Part shown: positions 29,913 to 38,651 of the stretch, piece by piece
Position numbering within the stretch: position 1 is the first letter of the stretch
How the letters are laid out: every line of letters starts with the position of its first letter
From: a virus
Lineage: Duplodnaviria > Caudoviricetes
Virus record (IMG/VR): IMGVR_UViG_3300028048_003124
DNA: 64,000 nucleotides
Reading direction: 5' to 3' (one strand)
The notes under the pieces: model-generated
The model's database searches: none
The model's input: only the letters and a program-made list of their open reading frames with translations
Told to the model about the DNA's origin: nothing
Translations under genes and position numbers: made by a program

Positions 29913-30439
29913 GGATATATGACTTGGATGGTATTTTATACAGGCAGTATTGCGAAAAAGGTCTAGACGGTGTATTCTCTTTAATAAAGAGTGTAGGAAG
30001 TTCTCACAAAGATGTTTTTTATTTTGTAGATGATAAAGAGTATTATCGTACCTTGTTTGAAGAGAATCTATGCGTAGTAGCTTTAGATAAGGGTAAGGTG
30101 GTAGCTTCGTGTTGTTGTCTTATCGGTTCTAATATGCCAAAAGACGTAGTAGATGTTATTGGTGAGAGTGACATAGAATCGTCTATGCTATTAAAATCCT
30201 ATCAAGTACAAGAAGATTACCGTGGCAAAGGTATTGGTAAAAATATCATTAAGGTATTGCTACGAGAGGTAAGAATTAGTGGCTATAAGATAAAAAATGT
30301 TTACGCAACCGTTCATCCAGATAACATCCCCTGCCAGAGGGTATTAAAGGCTTGTGGTTTTGAAAGGATTGCCTACTCGGAAGATTTGTATGTAGGAGAA
30401 CCGAGGGATATTTTAAAACTCAGTATTGATGAGGTATAA
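29894..30439 (+). CDS. GNAT acetyltransferase
   Basis: VQEDYRGKGIG and ATVHPDNIPCQRVLKACGF. Confidence 0.85.
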   Translation: MSNEQIRIYDLDGILYRQYCEKGLDGVFSLIKSVGSSHKDVFYFVDDKEYYRTLFEENLCVVALDKGKVVASCCCLIGSNMPKDVVDVIGESDIESSMLLKSYQVQEDYRGKGIGKNIIKVLLREVRISGYKIKNVYATVHPDNIPCQRVLKACGFERIAYSEDLYVGEPRDILKLSIDEV

Positions 30440-30929
30440 ACTTATGAGTAAGAAGAAGGTTTTGCTTGTCGTTGACTTGCAAAAACAGTTTGCAGATGGA
30501 AACGATAATGTTAGCTGTGAAAATATTGCAAACTACATAAAAGATAATGAGAAGGATTATGATTACGTTATTGTGACTATATTCTCTCAAGAGATTTATG
30601 GTTATAAAAATGATCTTTTTTCTGATAAGCTACACTGGGATGAGTGTGCTTCTTGTGGTGTAGATGATCTGCTAATAAATACTAACAAGAAATTAGTGCT
30701 ACTGAAAAACTCTTACGGAATAACATTAAAGGGTATTTTAGAGCGTGAAGATATAACTGTAGATCTTGTTGGTTGTAACGCAGATGCCAGCATATTAGCT
30801 ATATGTTTTAGGCTATGGGATAACCAATACGACTTCAGGGTATTATCAGATTACATATATTCAAAGAATACAGATAAGGGTGCATTGGTATCTTTGTTGA
30901 AGAGAAATTTCGGAGATTGTGTGGTTTAA
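30426..30929 (+). CDS. Isochorismatase / cysteine-hydrolase family protein
   Basis: LLVVDLQKQF, LLKNSYG, VGCNADASI (nucleophile position appears to be Ser). Confidence 0.75.
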   Translation: MMRYKLMSKKKVLLVVDLQKQFADGNDNVSCENIANYIKDNEKDYDYVIVTIFSQEIYGYKNDLFSDKLHWDECASCGVDDLLINTNKKLVLLKNSYGITLKGILEREDITVDLVGCNADASILAICFRLWDNQYDFRVLSDYIYSKNTDKGALVSLLKRNFGDCVV

Positions 30930-31449
30930 CATGGATAGGTATATGCTTAGAAGTGCTACAAAAGATGATATAAAAAGTATCTATAGATTGATACAGCTTG
31001 TTGGTGAAGCCGCTGATAGTGAGATGTTCAGCTACAGTAAGAGCTACTCTTATTATGAAAAGATTATAGCTGAGAATCCTGTAGTTGTAGCTGTTCTAAA
31101 TGATGAGATTGTTGGCGCATTTCTATCTTACATACAAGATGATGATCCTTTAGGTGTTTATAAAGAGCTGGGTATCAAAAACCCAGTAGGTGTAGCTTCT
31201 TTAGAAGAGTGTGTGGTTGATGAAAAACATAGAGGTCATAAGCTGGAGCAACGTATGGGTGTACGCTTAATTGATCATATAAAAGCTATGAGTAAGTATT
31301 ACTATTATAACATACATAGGGTATATGTTACAGTACATCCTAAAAATACGCCAAGTGTAAGATCTCTAGATAATATAGGTTTTAAGCTAGCAAAAAAGAC
31401 TAAGCTATATGGTGAAAAGACACGGTATATACTGGTTATGAATATATAA
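30919..31449 (+). CDS. GNAT acetyltransferase, paralog of 29894..30439
   Basis: VDEKHRGHKLE and VTVHPKNTPSVRSLDNIGF. Confidence 0.85.
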   Translation: MWFNMDRYMLRSATKDDIKSIYRLIQLVGEAADSEMFSYSKSYSYYEKIIAENPVVVAVLNDEIVGAFLSYIQDDDPLGVYKELGIKNPVGVASLEECVVDEKHRGHKLEQRMGVRLIDHIKAMSKYYYYNIHRVYVTVHPKNTPSVRSLDNIGFKLAKKTKLYGEKTRYILVMNI

Positions 31450-31554
31450 ATACTGTTATTGAAAAGTAATGTTTTCTTGAAGATTTTTTGAGATACGTTA
31501 TTTTGTAGTATCTGTTATTTATGTTTAATAGGTTAGGAAGGTGAAGATATATTT

Positions 31555-32607
31555 ATGAGCCGTATTGAAAGCTATGACATTCATGGTGGCAAAATCCTTT
31601 TGTTTGGAGATTTGCATATCAGTAGCTCATTTGTAGGGCAGCATAAGAATTATGTATATGAATGTTATAAGGCTATGGACCTTATTAAAGAAAAGGTAGC
31701 TAAAGAGAATGCAAGTGCTGTTATTTTCTTAGGTGATTTATTTGGTGTATCTGAGAAGAACATTAGAGACAGACAGTTTTTGATGCGTACACACAATTTT
31801 TTCAAGTTGTTGAATCAGTCTACCAACGGTAACGTGTTTAGCGTAAAAGGTAACCACGATATGGGTGATTTCACTGATTTTGATTACTTCGAGGGTACTG
31901 GTTTAATTAAAAACCCTCAGTACATAAACTATTATGGTAGAAAACCAGGAAGTAAAGTCGATGACGGTCTTGAGGTACGTTTTCATCTCGTTAATTATGG
32001 TGACGAACACAAGGCTTTAAAGTTAGCAGGAGATGCGACAACTGCTACTAATATTGTACTTGGTCACTCCGATTATTATATTGAGGGTGCCACTAACTGG
32101 TATTCAGCTGGAAGTGATGTTGAGCTAAGTCAGTTAACAAATTTCAACGGGGTAGCACTAGTTTTTAGTGGTCATATCCATACTCCATCAGATGAGATGC
32201 TATTTACTACTATAAAGAATGGAGATAGCATCGGCTTATTTTATTTAGGTTGTCCAACAAGAACTATGGAAAGATATGATGATTGTTGGTACACAAGGTT
32301 TGAATATTGTGAAGCCGATGACGGTACTTGGTCTACTTCTTATGACTGCTTATTGATGGGTTTAGATCCTGCAGATGAGGTTTTCTACCCAGTAGAGAAG
32401 TTTGTATCAAATGAGGAAGATTCTCCTGAAGCAGATAGGAAAGCAGAATCAGATAAGTTGACAGATATCGTCAAAGAGATTATGGATAGTCGGATTATGA
32501 CTGGCGATCTGAACAGACAGATCGACATGGTACCAGGGGTATCTTCAAAGGTAAAAAAGATTGCTAAAGACTATGTAGAGAAAGCTACAAAGTCTATAAG
32601 TAAATAA
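31555..32607 (+). CDS. sbcD: SbcD/Mre11 metallophosphoesterase nuclease
   Basis: GDLH, LGDLF, GNHD, LGH, SGHIH. Confidence 0.9.
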   Translation: MSRIESYDIHGGKILLFGDLHISSSFVGQHKNYVYECYKAMDLIKEKVAKENASAVIFLGDLFGVSEKNIRDRQFLMRTHNFFKLLNQSTNGNVFSVKGNHDMGDFTDFDYFEGTGLIKNPQYINYYGRKPGSKVDDGLEVRFHLVNYGDEHKALKLAGDATTATNIVLGHSDYYIEGATNWYSAGSDVELSQLTNFNGVALVFSGHIHTPSDEMLFTTIKNGDSIGLFYLGCPTRTMERYDDCWYTRFEYCEADDGTWSTSYDCLLMGLDPADEVFYPVEKFVSNEEDSPEADRKAESDKLTDIVKEIMDSRIMTGDLNRQIDMVPGVSSKVKKIAKDYVEKATKSISK

Positions 32608-32625
32608 TTAGAGAGGATAGATAAT

Positions 32626-33201
32626 ATGAATACTTCACAGGTAAAGGAACTCAATGAGAGAATTGAGAACATTAGAACTCAGCGTACAAAAGCTGATACA
32701 AAAAGAGAGATGCTTCTTTCTACTTTAAAGAAGCAGCTCGAAGAGTATGAAAAACTCTATGGGGTAAGACTTGGAGGAAAGTCTTTCAAGTCGATAGTAT
32801 CGGCTGTTGGAGCGGAGAAAGAAAAGGTAGAAAACAGCATCAGAGAAGAGTATGAACTCAAGCTAAAGGTGGTTGAGGCTATTGAATCTGGTGATATTGA
32901 TATGGCAAACAGTCTGCTTGGTATTACCAGCAATACCGATGACGAAGAAGATGCCGAAGAAGAGGTAATCGAAGAAACATCTTCCAATAACGATACTGAT
33001 CTACTCCCTGAGGATGATGATCTAGACGATGATTGGAACTTAGAGGTTGAAGATGAGCCTGAGAAACCTATCTCCCCGAATGTAAGCGTGGCTTCTACTG
33101 TAGATGATATGGTGGATGAGCTTGATGGGGTTACTGTTGAGGATGATGACGACGATTTTGGTTTTGGGGATATTCTCGCAGGCTCTAAGTTCGATATCTG
33201 A
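32626..33201 (+). CDS. Coiled-coil protein with long acidic tail
   Basis: N-terminal heptad-rich ~95 aa, D/E-rich C-terminal half. Confidence 0.75.
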   Translation: MNTSQVKELNERIENIRTQRTKADTKREMLLSTLKKQLEEYEKLYGVRLGGKSFKSIVSAVGAEKEKVENSIREEYELKLKVVEAIESGDIDMANSLLGITSNTDDEEDAEEEVIEETSSNNDTDLLPEDDDLDDDWNLEVEDEPEKPISPNVSVASTVDDMVDELDGVTVEDDDDDFGFGDILAGSKFDI

Positions 33202-33209
33202 TGTAGGAG

Positions 33210-34373
33210 TTGATTGATATGAAGAAAATTACTTTAAGCTTTGAAGAGCTAAATAAGGTTTTAGGTTATATATACACAATCCTGTCAGATAAGTCTGTTG
33301 AGGATAAAAGTAAGAATGTAATCTTCCTTGTAAGAGATGATGTAGTAACCTTAGTAGGGTACAATCAGGTTACCTTTAGTAGAACTACATTAGAGGAGGC
33401 TTCTGTAGAAGATATCCCCGAAGATGGTTGGGAATTTCAGGTCAAGTCCAGTGAGCTTTCTAAGATTATGTCTGCTTACTCCAATCTTTTTAAAACAAAG
33501 GTAGAAAAGGTAGACTTTGAGGAAAATGGTGTTCGTACAAGAATTACTGTTCATGAGGTTCCTGTTGATAGTGAGAAAGACGCCAGATTAGCACAGGATA
33601 GTATCTTCGACGTTGAGAATGCTCCTATCATGAATAAAATTCTCAACGACATTAAGACTGAGTTTCCTGCTGAGAATAACTCAGTTGTTTGTACTGATTT
33701 ACTTTTATACATCAGCTCTTTGATGCCCTTGATGTCCAATGATAGTGCTAACTCTACTGCAAGTAAGCTAAACTTTGCTGAAGATTATGTGTTTACTATG
33801 AGTTCGAGTGCGAGTGCTTTCTTCCAAAACAGGTTAAATGACGAATTCAAGGGTATTACGCTTGGGTATTCAAGTGTGAGTTTCCTAAAAAAGATGTGCG
33901 AGGGTACTGATTACATTGCTGTAGCACGAAATAAGAATTACCTTTGCATCGAGTCTGGAAATACCCAGGCGTTCATGAGATACAAGCCTATTAAGATTAA
34001 CTATAAGGCGTATATTCAGAGAAGAAGTAAAGAGAAGGGTATCGTTGTAGACAGATTGTATATGAAGGACGTTTTAAGACGTATGAGCGGTATTGCCGTA
34101 GATGGCAAGATGTCTGTAGAGAGTAACGATGCTCTTGTTGTAACGAATGAAGTATTCCAGCAAGAGGTACCGCTTGAAAATTGTAAGGATGGTACAGTTG
34201 GTATACACTTCAAGATTTCTATTCCGATTTTAACATCGCTTATACTCGGAAGTGATGAGGTCTTTGCGAGTAATTTGTTTATTTACTTTGTAGAGACTAC
34301 CAGAAGTTATATCCTTTATATTCAGGATAAAACTGGAGCTTGGTTTGCAAGTACACAGGCAGCTAAGTCCTAA
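33210..34373 (+). CDS. dnaN: DNA sliding clamp, DnaN (beta)-like
   Basis: 387 aa, three-domain length. MKKITLSFEELNKVL..NVIFLVRDDVVTLVGYN and IVVDRLYMKDVLRRM match the beta-clamp pattern. Confidence 0.7.
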   Translation: MIDMKKITLSFEELNKVLGYIYTILSDKSVEDKSKNVIFLVRDDVVTLVGYNQVTFSRTTLEEASVEDIPEDGWEFQVKSSELSKIMSAYSNLFKTKVEKVDFEENGVRTRITVHEVPVDSEKDARLAQDSIFDVENAPIMNKILNDIKTEFPAENNSVVCTDLLLYISSLMPLMSNDSANSTASKLNFAEDYVFTMSSSASAFFQNRLNDEFKGITLGYSSVSFLKKMCEGTDYIAVARNKNYLCIESGNTQAFMRYKPIKINYKAYIQRRSKEKGIVVDRLYMKDVLRRMSGIAVDGKMSVESNDALVVTNEVFQQEVPLENCKDGTVGIHFKISIPILTSLILGSDEVFASNLFIYFVETTRSYILYIQDKTGAWFASTQAAKS

Positions 34374-34385
34374 TAGGAGGTTTAT

Positions 34386-35162
34386 ATGGTAAGCACTAAA
34401 CCTATAGAAGATATAATTTCAGAGGGTTTTTATGCCACAAATATTGGCATGATTCAAAGAGCTCTGATAGAAAGAAACAAGTTGGAGAGTAGGGAGGCTA
34501 CTTTATCAAAAGAACTTGTTGACTCTCAGACTCTTTATGTAAATATGTTAGATGCTCAGAAGCTTTTGAGTGCAGTATCTGATGAGAATACCAACAAAAC
34601 TCTAGATTTCATCACAGGAATGGTAAATAAGGTGTTATCTGAGATGTTTGTAACTGATACACCTCATATTAACCTATCCAAGAGGCTATATGCTGGTAGT
34701 AAGCCCCACATCAATGTAGAGCTAATTGATGGTAGTGGAAATTCATTAGACATGGCTCTACAGAGTGGAGCGGGTATCTCTCAGGTTGTAAGCTTTATGT
34801 ATGCTATTTGTCTAATCGAGATCAGAAAGGGTAGACGTTTACTTATTCTTGATGAAAGATTGAATGGTTTGCATAAAGAGGCAAAACGTATCCTAAGTGA
34901 GGTAATACGTATTTTTGCTAAGGGTGGTTTCCAGTTTATCTTCGTTGAGTATGGTTTGAATGATGTTGGTAAAATCTACAATGTTGAAAAACGTGGAGAC
35001 GAATCGAGAATCGTAAGCCTTGAAGATGGTCAAACCTACACAGACGAAACTATCTTCCTCGGAGACGTTGACCTTTCTGTGTTAGAGGAAGGCAAAGATG
35101 ACAACGCTGAGGAAGTAAGCAGTGATGTTGACGATATCGATTTAGGTGACTTTTCTCTATGA
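34386..35162 (+). CDS. sbcC: SbcC/Rad50 C-terminal half (signature + Walker B)
   Basis: Coiled coil, then LQSGAG, LLILDERLNGLH, FQFIFVEY and acidic tail. No Walker A. Confidence 0.85.
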   Translation: MVSTKPIEDIISEGFYATNIGMIQRALIERNKLESREATLSKELVDSQTLYVNMLDAQKLLSAVSDENTNKTLDFITGMVNKVLSEMFVTDTPHINLSKRLYAGSKPHINVELIDGSGNSLDMALQSGAGISQVVSFMYAICLIEIRKGRRLLILDERLNGLHKEAKRILSEVIRIFAKGGFQFIFVEYGLNDVGKIYNVEKRGDESRIVSLEDGQTYTDETIFLGDVDLSVLEEGKDDNAEEVSSDVDDIDLGDFSL

Positions 35163-35200
35163 TTTATTGCTAACAACTCATATTATATATCTTCAGAAAG

Positions 35201-35236
35201 ATGACATCAGCTTTTCAAAAGTTGGTGTCATTTTTC
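35201..35236 (+). terminator. Rho-independent terminator ending the replication operon
   Basis: atgacatcagctttt-c-aaaagttggtgtcat followed by a T run. Confidence 0.75.
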
Positions 35237-35265
35237 TTAATTATACAATATTTGTATAGATTATC

Positions 35266-35294
35266 TTGCAAAAACAGTAGACATATGGTATAAT
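35266..35294 (+). promoter_or_regulatory. sigmaA-like promoter
   Basis: TTGCAA-17bp-TATAAT with extended TG. Confidence 0.8.
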
Positions 35295-35312
35295 ATACTA
35301 AAGAATTATTAG

Positions 35313-36080
35313 GTGGTATCTTTTATGAACAAGAGTAGCTTATCACTAATCAAGAGGGTAATTTACGCTGTAAATAAGTACGCGAAGAACTACTATCTAA
35401 CGGGTAAGGCTGTCTTGTTGCTTAACGATGAAAAATCTACAGAGTTATTAAGACATCATACATTAGAATATGTTTGTATAAGAGAACACTTTGCAGGTAT
35501 TAACCTGAAAAACGCTGTAAATGAAGAATTTTTCGGAAATGTTAGTGTTGTCTTGGTCAAAGAGTCAGATAACGTAAAACATTACCAGATAAAACGCAAA
35601 GAAGAGTGTGTCAACATCTTTGTAACTTTCTATGATAGCGAGAAAGATGTCATCTCCTCATATAACTTTGATGATATATGGAGGTATGTAGACGTCGGGG
35701 ATAAACTGATAGATTTACTATCTTATGCGGATAATCAAGATATACTTTCTCTTTTCCAGAAAGGTTGGCACAATGTAAGACCTTATAGTTCAGAAGAGAA
35801 CTATTGGGTATGCTGTATGTGCGATGCTTTTATCTTTGCTGAGAGTTATTTCAGATTTCTAGAACACAAGGGTATAGATGACTTATACTGTTTATTGACG
35901 CTATATAGTTATGTGCCAATAGGTTTAAAGTTTGATAGCAAGGGTAACTCTTTAGATTGTGCAATACGCAGAATGGGTGAGGAAGAGTTAATAAACCTAA
36001 TACATAGAAAAGCCCACCCAGATGATATAGAATACATGGTAAAGTTATTAGAGAAGACATTCTTCAACAAATTTGTGTAA
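35313..36080 (+). CDS. Degenerate AbiEii-like nucleotidyltransferase-fold protein (1 of 3)
   Basis: YYLTGKAVLLL...HTLEY at the position of the AbiEii LxGGTAL...SxDxD motif. Confidence 0.45.
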   Translation: MVSFMNKSSLSLIKRVIYAVNKYAKNYYLTGKAVLLLNDEKSTELLRHHTLEYVCIREHFAGINLKNAVNEEFFGNVSVVLVKESDNVKHYQIKRKEECVNIFVTFYDSEKDVISSYNFDDIWRYVDVGDKLIDLLSYADNQDILSLFQKGWHNVRPYSSEENYWVCCMCDAFIFAESYFRFLEHKGIDDLYCLLTLYSYVPIGLKFDSKGNSLDCAIRRMGEEELINLIHRKAHPDDIEYMVKLLEKTFFNKFV

Positions 36081-36750
36081 GGTGATTGCAATGAAAAACT
36101 ATTTAGATATTAAGGAAATGCTCGTTAAATTGATGGATACAGACAGTAGGTACTACTACCTAAATGGTAACAGTGCTTTGTATTTTGCCTATCGATCAAT
36201 ACAAGAACCAGATGGTATCGAGTACTTGGCTCGTGTTGAAGATGGTGACCAGCCCATCTATGAGAAAAATGATTTAGAGGCAACATTGTCTAGATTGAAG
36301 CGTCGATTTGACAATATGTCTTACAAGATTTATACAAAAAACAAGAATGAGGCTCTCTATCTTGTAGAGGTAGACGGGGTATTTGCTTTTTCCGCAGAGG
36401 TAAAATTCTGCCTATCAGATAAGGACATTTACCGAAAGACTGATTATGTCAATTCTTTTAGAACTGTAAAAGTAACCTCTTTATACGACAAAGCTCTTAA
36501 GGACTGTGAAGAGAAGTATAAGGCTGGTACTTTGTCTTATGCAAACCTATACAGGGTATGTTTTATACTATGTTCTTTTGAAGACATGTTAGGAAAGTTG
36601 CAAATACGAAGATCTAAAAAGCTGTTAAATTCAATAGGTGAGCAGGGTATGAGAGATTGCATTTTTAATGATAAAACAGAAACTGCAGCTAAGAAAGAGA
36701 TACTCGACTCATACGTTAACATATTGGTTTCTAGATATAATTTAAAATAA
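36073..36750 (+). CDS. Degenerate AbiEii-like nucleotidyltransferase-fold protein (2 of 3)
   Basis: YYLNGNSALYFAY...DGIEY. Confidence 0.55.
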   Translation: MCKVIAMKNYLDIKEMLVKLMDTDSRYYYLNGNSALYFAYRSIQEPDGIEYLARVEDGDQPIYEKNDLEATLSRLKRRFDNMSYKIYTKNKNEALYLVEVDGVFAFSAEVKFCLSDKDIYRKTDYVNSFRTVKVTSLYDKALKDCEEKYKAGTLSYANLYRVCFILCSFEDMLGKLQIRRSKKLLNSIGEQGMRDCIFNDKTETAAKKEILDSYVNILVSRYNLK

Positions 36751-36764
36751 AGGAGAGAAGAACC

Positions 36765-37414
36765 GTGGCTAACGATTACAATAATAAATATGCAAAGTAT
36801 AAGGCAATGTCAGAGATTTTACATATCATTACTCAAAGTTATGATAGATACTTTTTAATTGGTAACTCTGCTGTCTTTTATGCCTATGGTGGTAAGAAAG
36901 AGGTGTATGATACCTTAGAGTACGATGCCTACTATGATGATGAGAGCTTAGAAAACACTTTCAAAGCGTACATCAAGGACTATCTGGGTTGTGATCTACG
37001 AGTAGTAAGGAGAACTGAAAGCAAGGGTATTTATCACGTTTTCAGAGATGGTATCAGACTCTGCAAGATCGTAGTAAATTACTACAACTGTCTACCCGAA
37101 GTGGGTATGGGAGCCTACTATGGGTACATCAGAACTGTAAACGGAAGCAAGGTAATCAACTCTTTGATGAACAGCTGGAAGGTAAAGAAAGATGTTTTAA
37201 CACTGTATAATCTTTACTATATGTTTAGTGTTCATTCCTATACGATAAACACCCATTACTTTAAAAAGGTGCGCAATATGCTTAAAAGTACGGTCTTTCT
37301 CGTATCGAGAATTTGTTAAGAACAGATAGTACAACAAGGTTAACAGAAGATAAATATACAGAGGTGCTTACATTCTGTAAAAATGCTGTAAGCGGTTCAA
37401 TAGTAGGAAAGTAG
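36765..37414 (+). pseudogene. Degenerate AbiEii-like protein (3 of 3), apparently frameshifted at ~37285
   Basis: YFLIGNSAVFYAYGG..DTLEY. In-frame stop at 37319, but the -1 frame continues YGLSRIENLL...GK* to 37414. Confidence 0.55.
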
Positions 37415-37425
37415 GGTATTTATAA

Positions 37426-38580
37426 ATGAGTCAAAGAAAACTCAGGGGTTATTTTGGTGATACTGTTGTATCGTACCAAATTATAGATAAAGGTCATTTA
37501 ATAATGCACGGTGTTGATAGCATTGACGGCTTAAAAACTATCTTGTTAAAACTCAGTAACAAGTACAATGAGAGTTTGAAAAGCTACATAGAAAACAATG
37601 TAGTATTGCTAGGCTGTACGGATGGTAGTGATGAGAACTACACAAGATTACTAAACCTACAGGGCGTTTCTGTAAAAGAGAAGACTAGAGTAGTCTTATC
37701 AAGTGGTAGGTACTTAGAAATGCTTATCAAAGAGGGTAGTATAGCAGTTGGCGATACGTTCAAGAGGGTAATTTCTGATAGAAATAAATACAGTAACGAC
37801 ATCCTATCAAGCGTATATGATACTTCTTTCGACACTGAAGCTTGGGTATGTGGATGCTTTGCTTGCTGTGGGACGTATGGTAATTCCTTTGTAACAATAT
37901 CTTTTACAAATGATATGTTAGATGTCATGTATAGAATGAAGGATTTCTTTACAGAATTAGGATATGAAACAGTGGTAAGACATCAAAAAAGAGGTAACCT
38001 AAGAGGAGATTACTGGGATTTCAGGGTGTTAAAGCCCTACAATGTAGTTAATGCTTTCAATAGCTTTTTCAGCGGAAGTCTTATACCTGATAGAAGAATA
38101 CCTAGTAAAGTGTATTCATGGTCTAGAGGTAGGATACTGAGTTTCCTAGCAGGTATCGTGGATATGCGTGGATCAATAACGCAAAGAGTACATGGTGACA
38201 GGGTAGAGCTTGTAGGTATCAATAAGGTACTAAATTGGCAGATTGCCGACTTGTTTAGAAAAATAGGGTACAATGTAAACGTGTACTACAGGGATAATTC
38301 TAAACAGAAAGGTAGAAAAACTCAAAGTGGATATGAGAGTACCTTAAAAGATGGTAACTCAGTATACTTTATCCATACCCCTGAGCTTTCTCATTTCTGC
38401 CAGAGCTCAAAGAAACAATGTCAGAAGCAATCTCCTGACAGAAGTTTTGACAGGATTGCAAAGGATGAGAGCAAGGTAAGGAAGGTACAAAGCGTAGAAC
38501 TCAAGGATGCAGAGGTAGCCTACCTGTTAGATACCGAGTGTGGTCATTTTACGGCAAATATGGTAGAAGTTCAAACATAA
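37426..38580 (+). CDS. Free-standing degenerate intein (Hint) with LAGLIDADG domain
   Basis: Block A-like YFGDTVV, LAGLIDADG-like AWVCGCFACCG and SFLAGIVDMRGSI, block F/G-like AYLLDTECGHFTANMVEVQT*. Confidence 0.75.
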   Translation: MSQRKLRGYFGDTVVSYQIIDKGHLIMHGVDSIDGLKTILLKLSNKYNESLKSYIENNVVLLGCTDGSDENYTRLLNLQGVSVKEKTRVVLSSGRYLEMLIKEGSIAVGDTFKRVISDRNKYSNDILSSVYDTSFDTEAWVCGCFACCGTYGNSFVTISFTNDMLDVMYRMKDFFTELGYETVVRHQKRGNLRGDYWDFRVLKPYNVVNAFNSFFSGSLIPDRRIPSKVYSWSRGRILSFLAGIVDMRGSITQRVHGDRVELVGINKVLNWQIADLFRKIGYNVNVYYRDNSKQKGRKTQSGYESTLKDGNSVYFIHTPELSHFCQSSKKQCQKQSPDRSFDRIAKDESKVRKVQSVELKDAEVAYLLDTECGHFTANMVEVQT

Positions 38581-38651
38581 CGATAACCATAAGGCTGTTA
38601 AAAGGGAGATAGTCAGGGTAATTAAGATAAGGTTGCCAGTATGGTTAAGGA

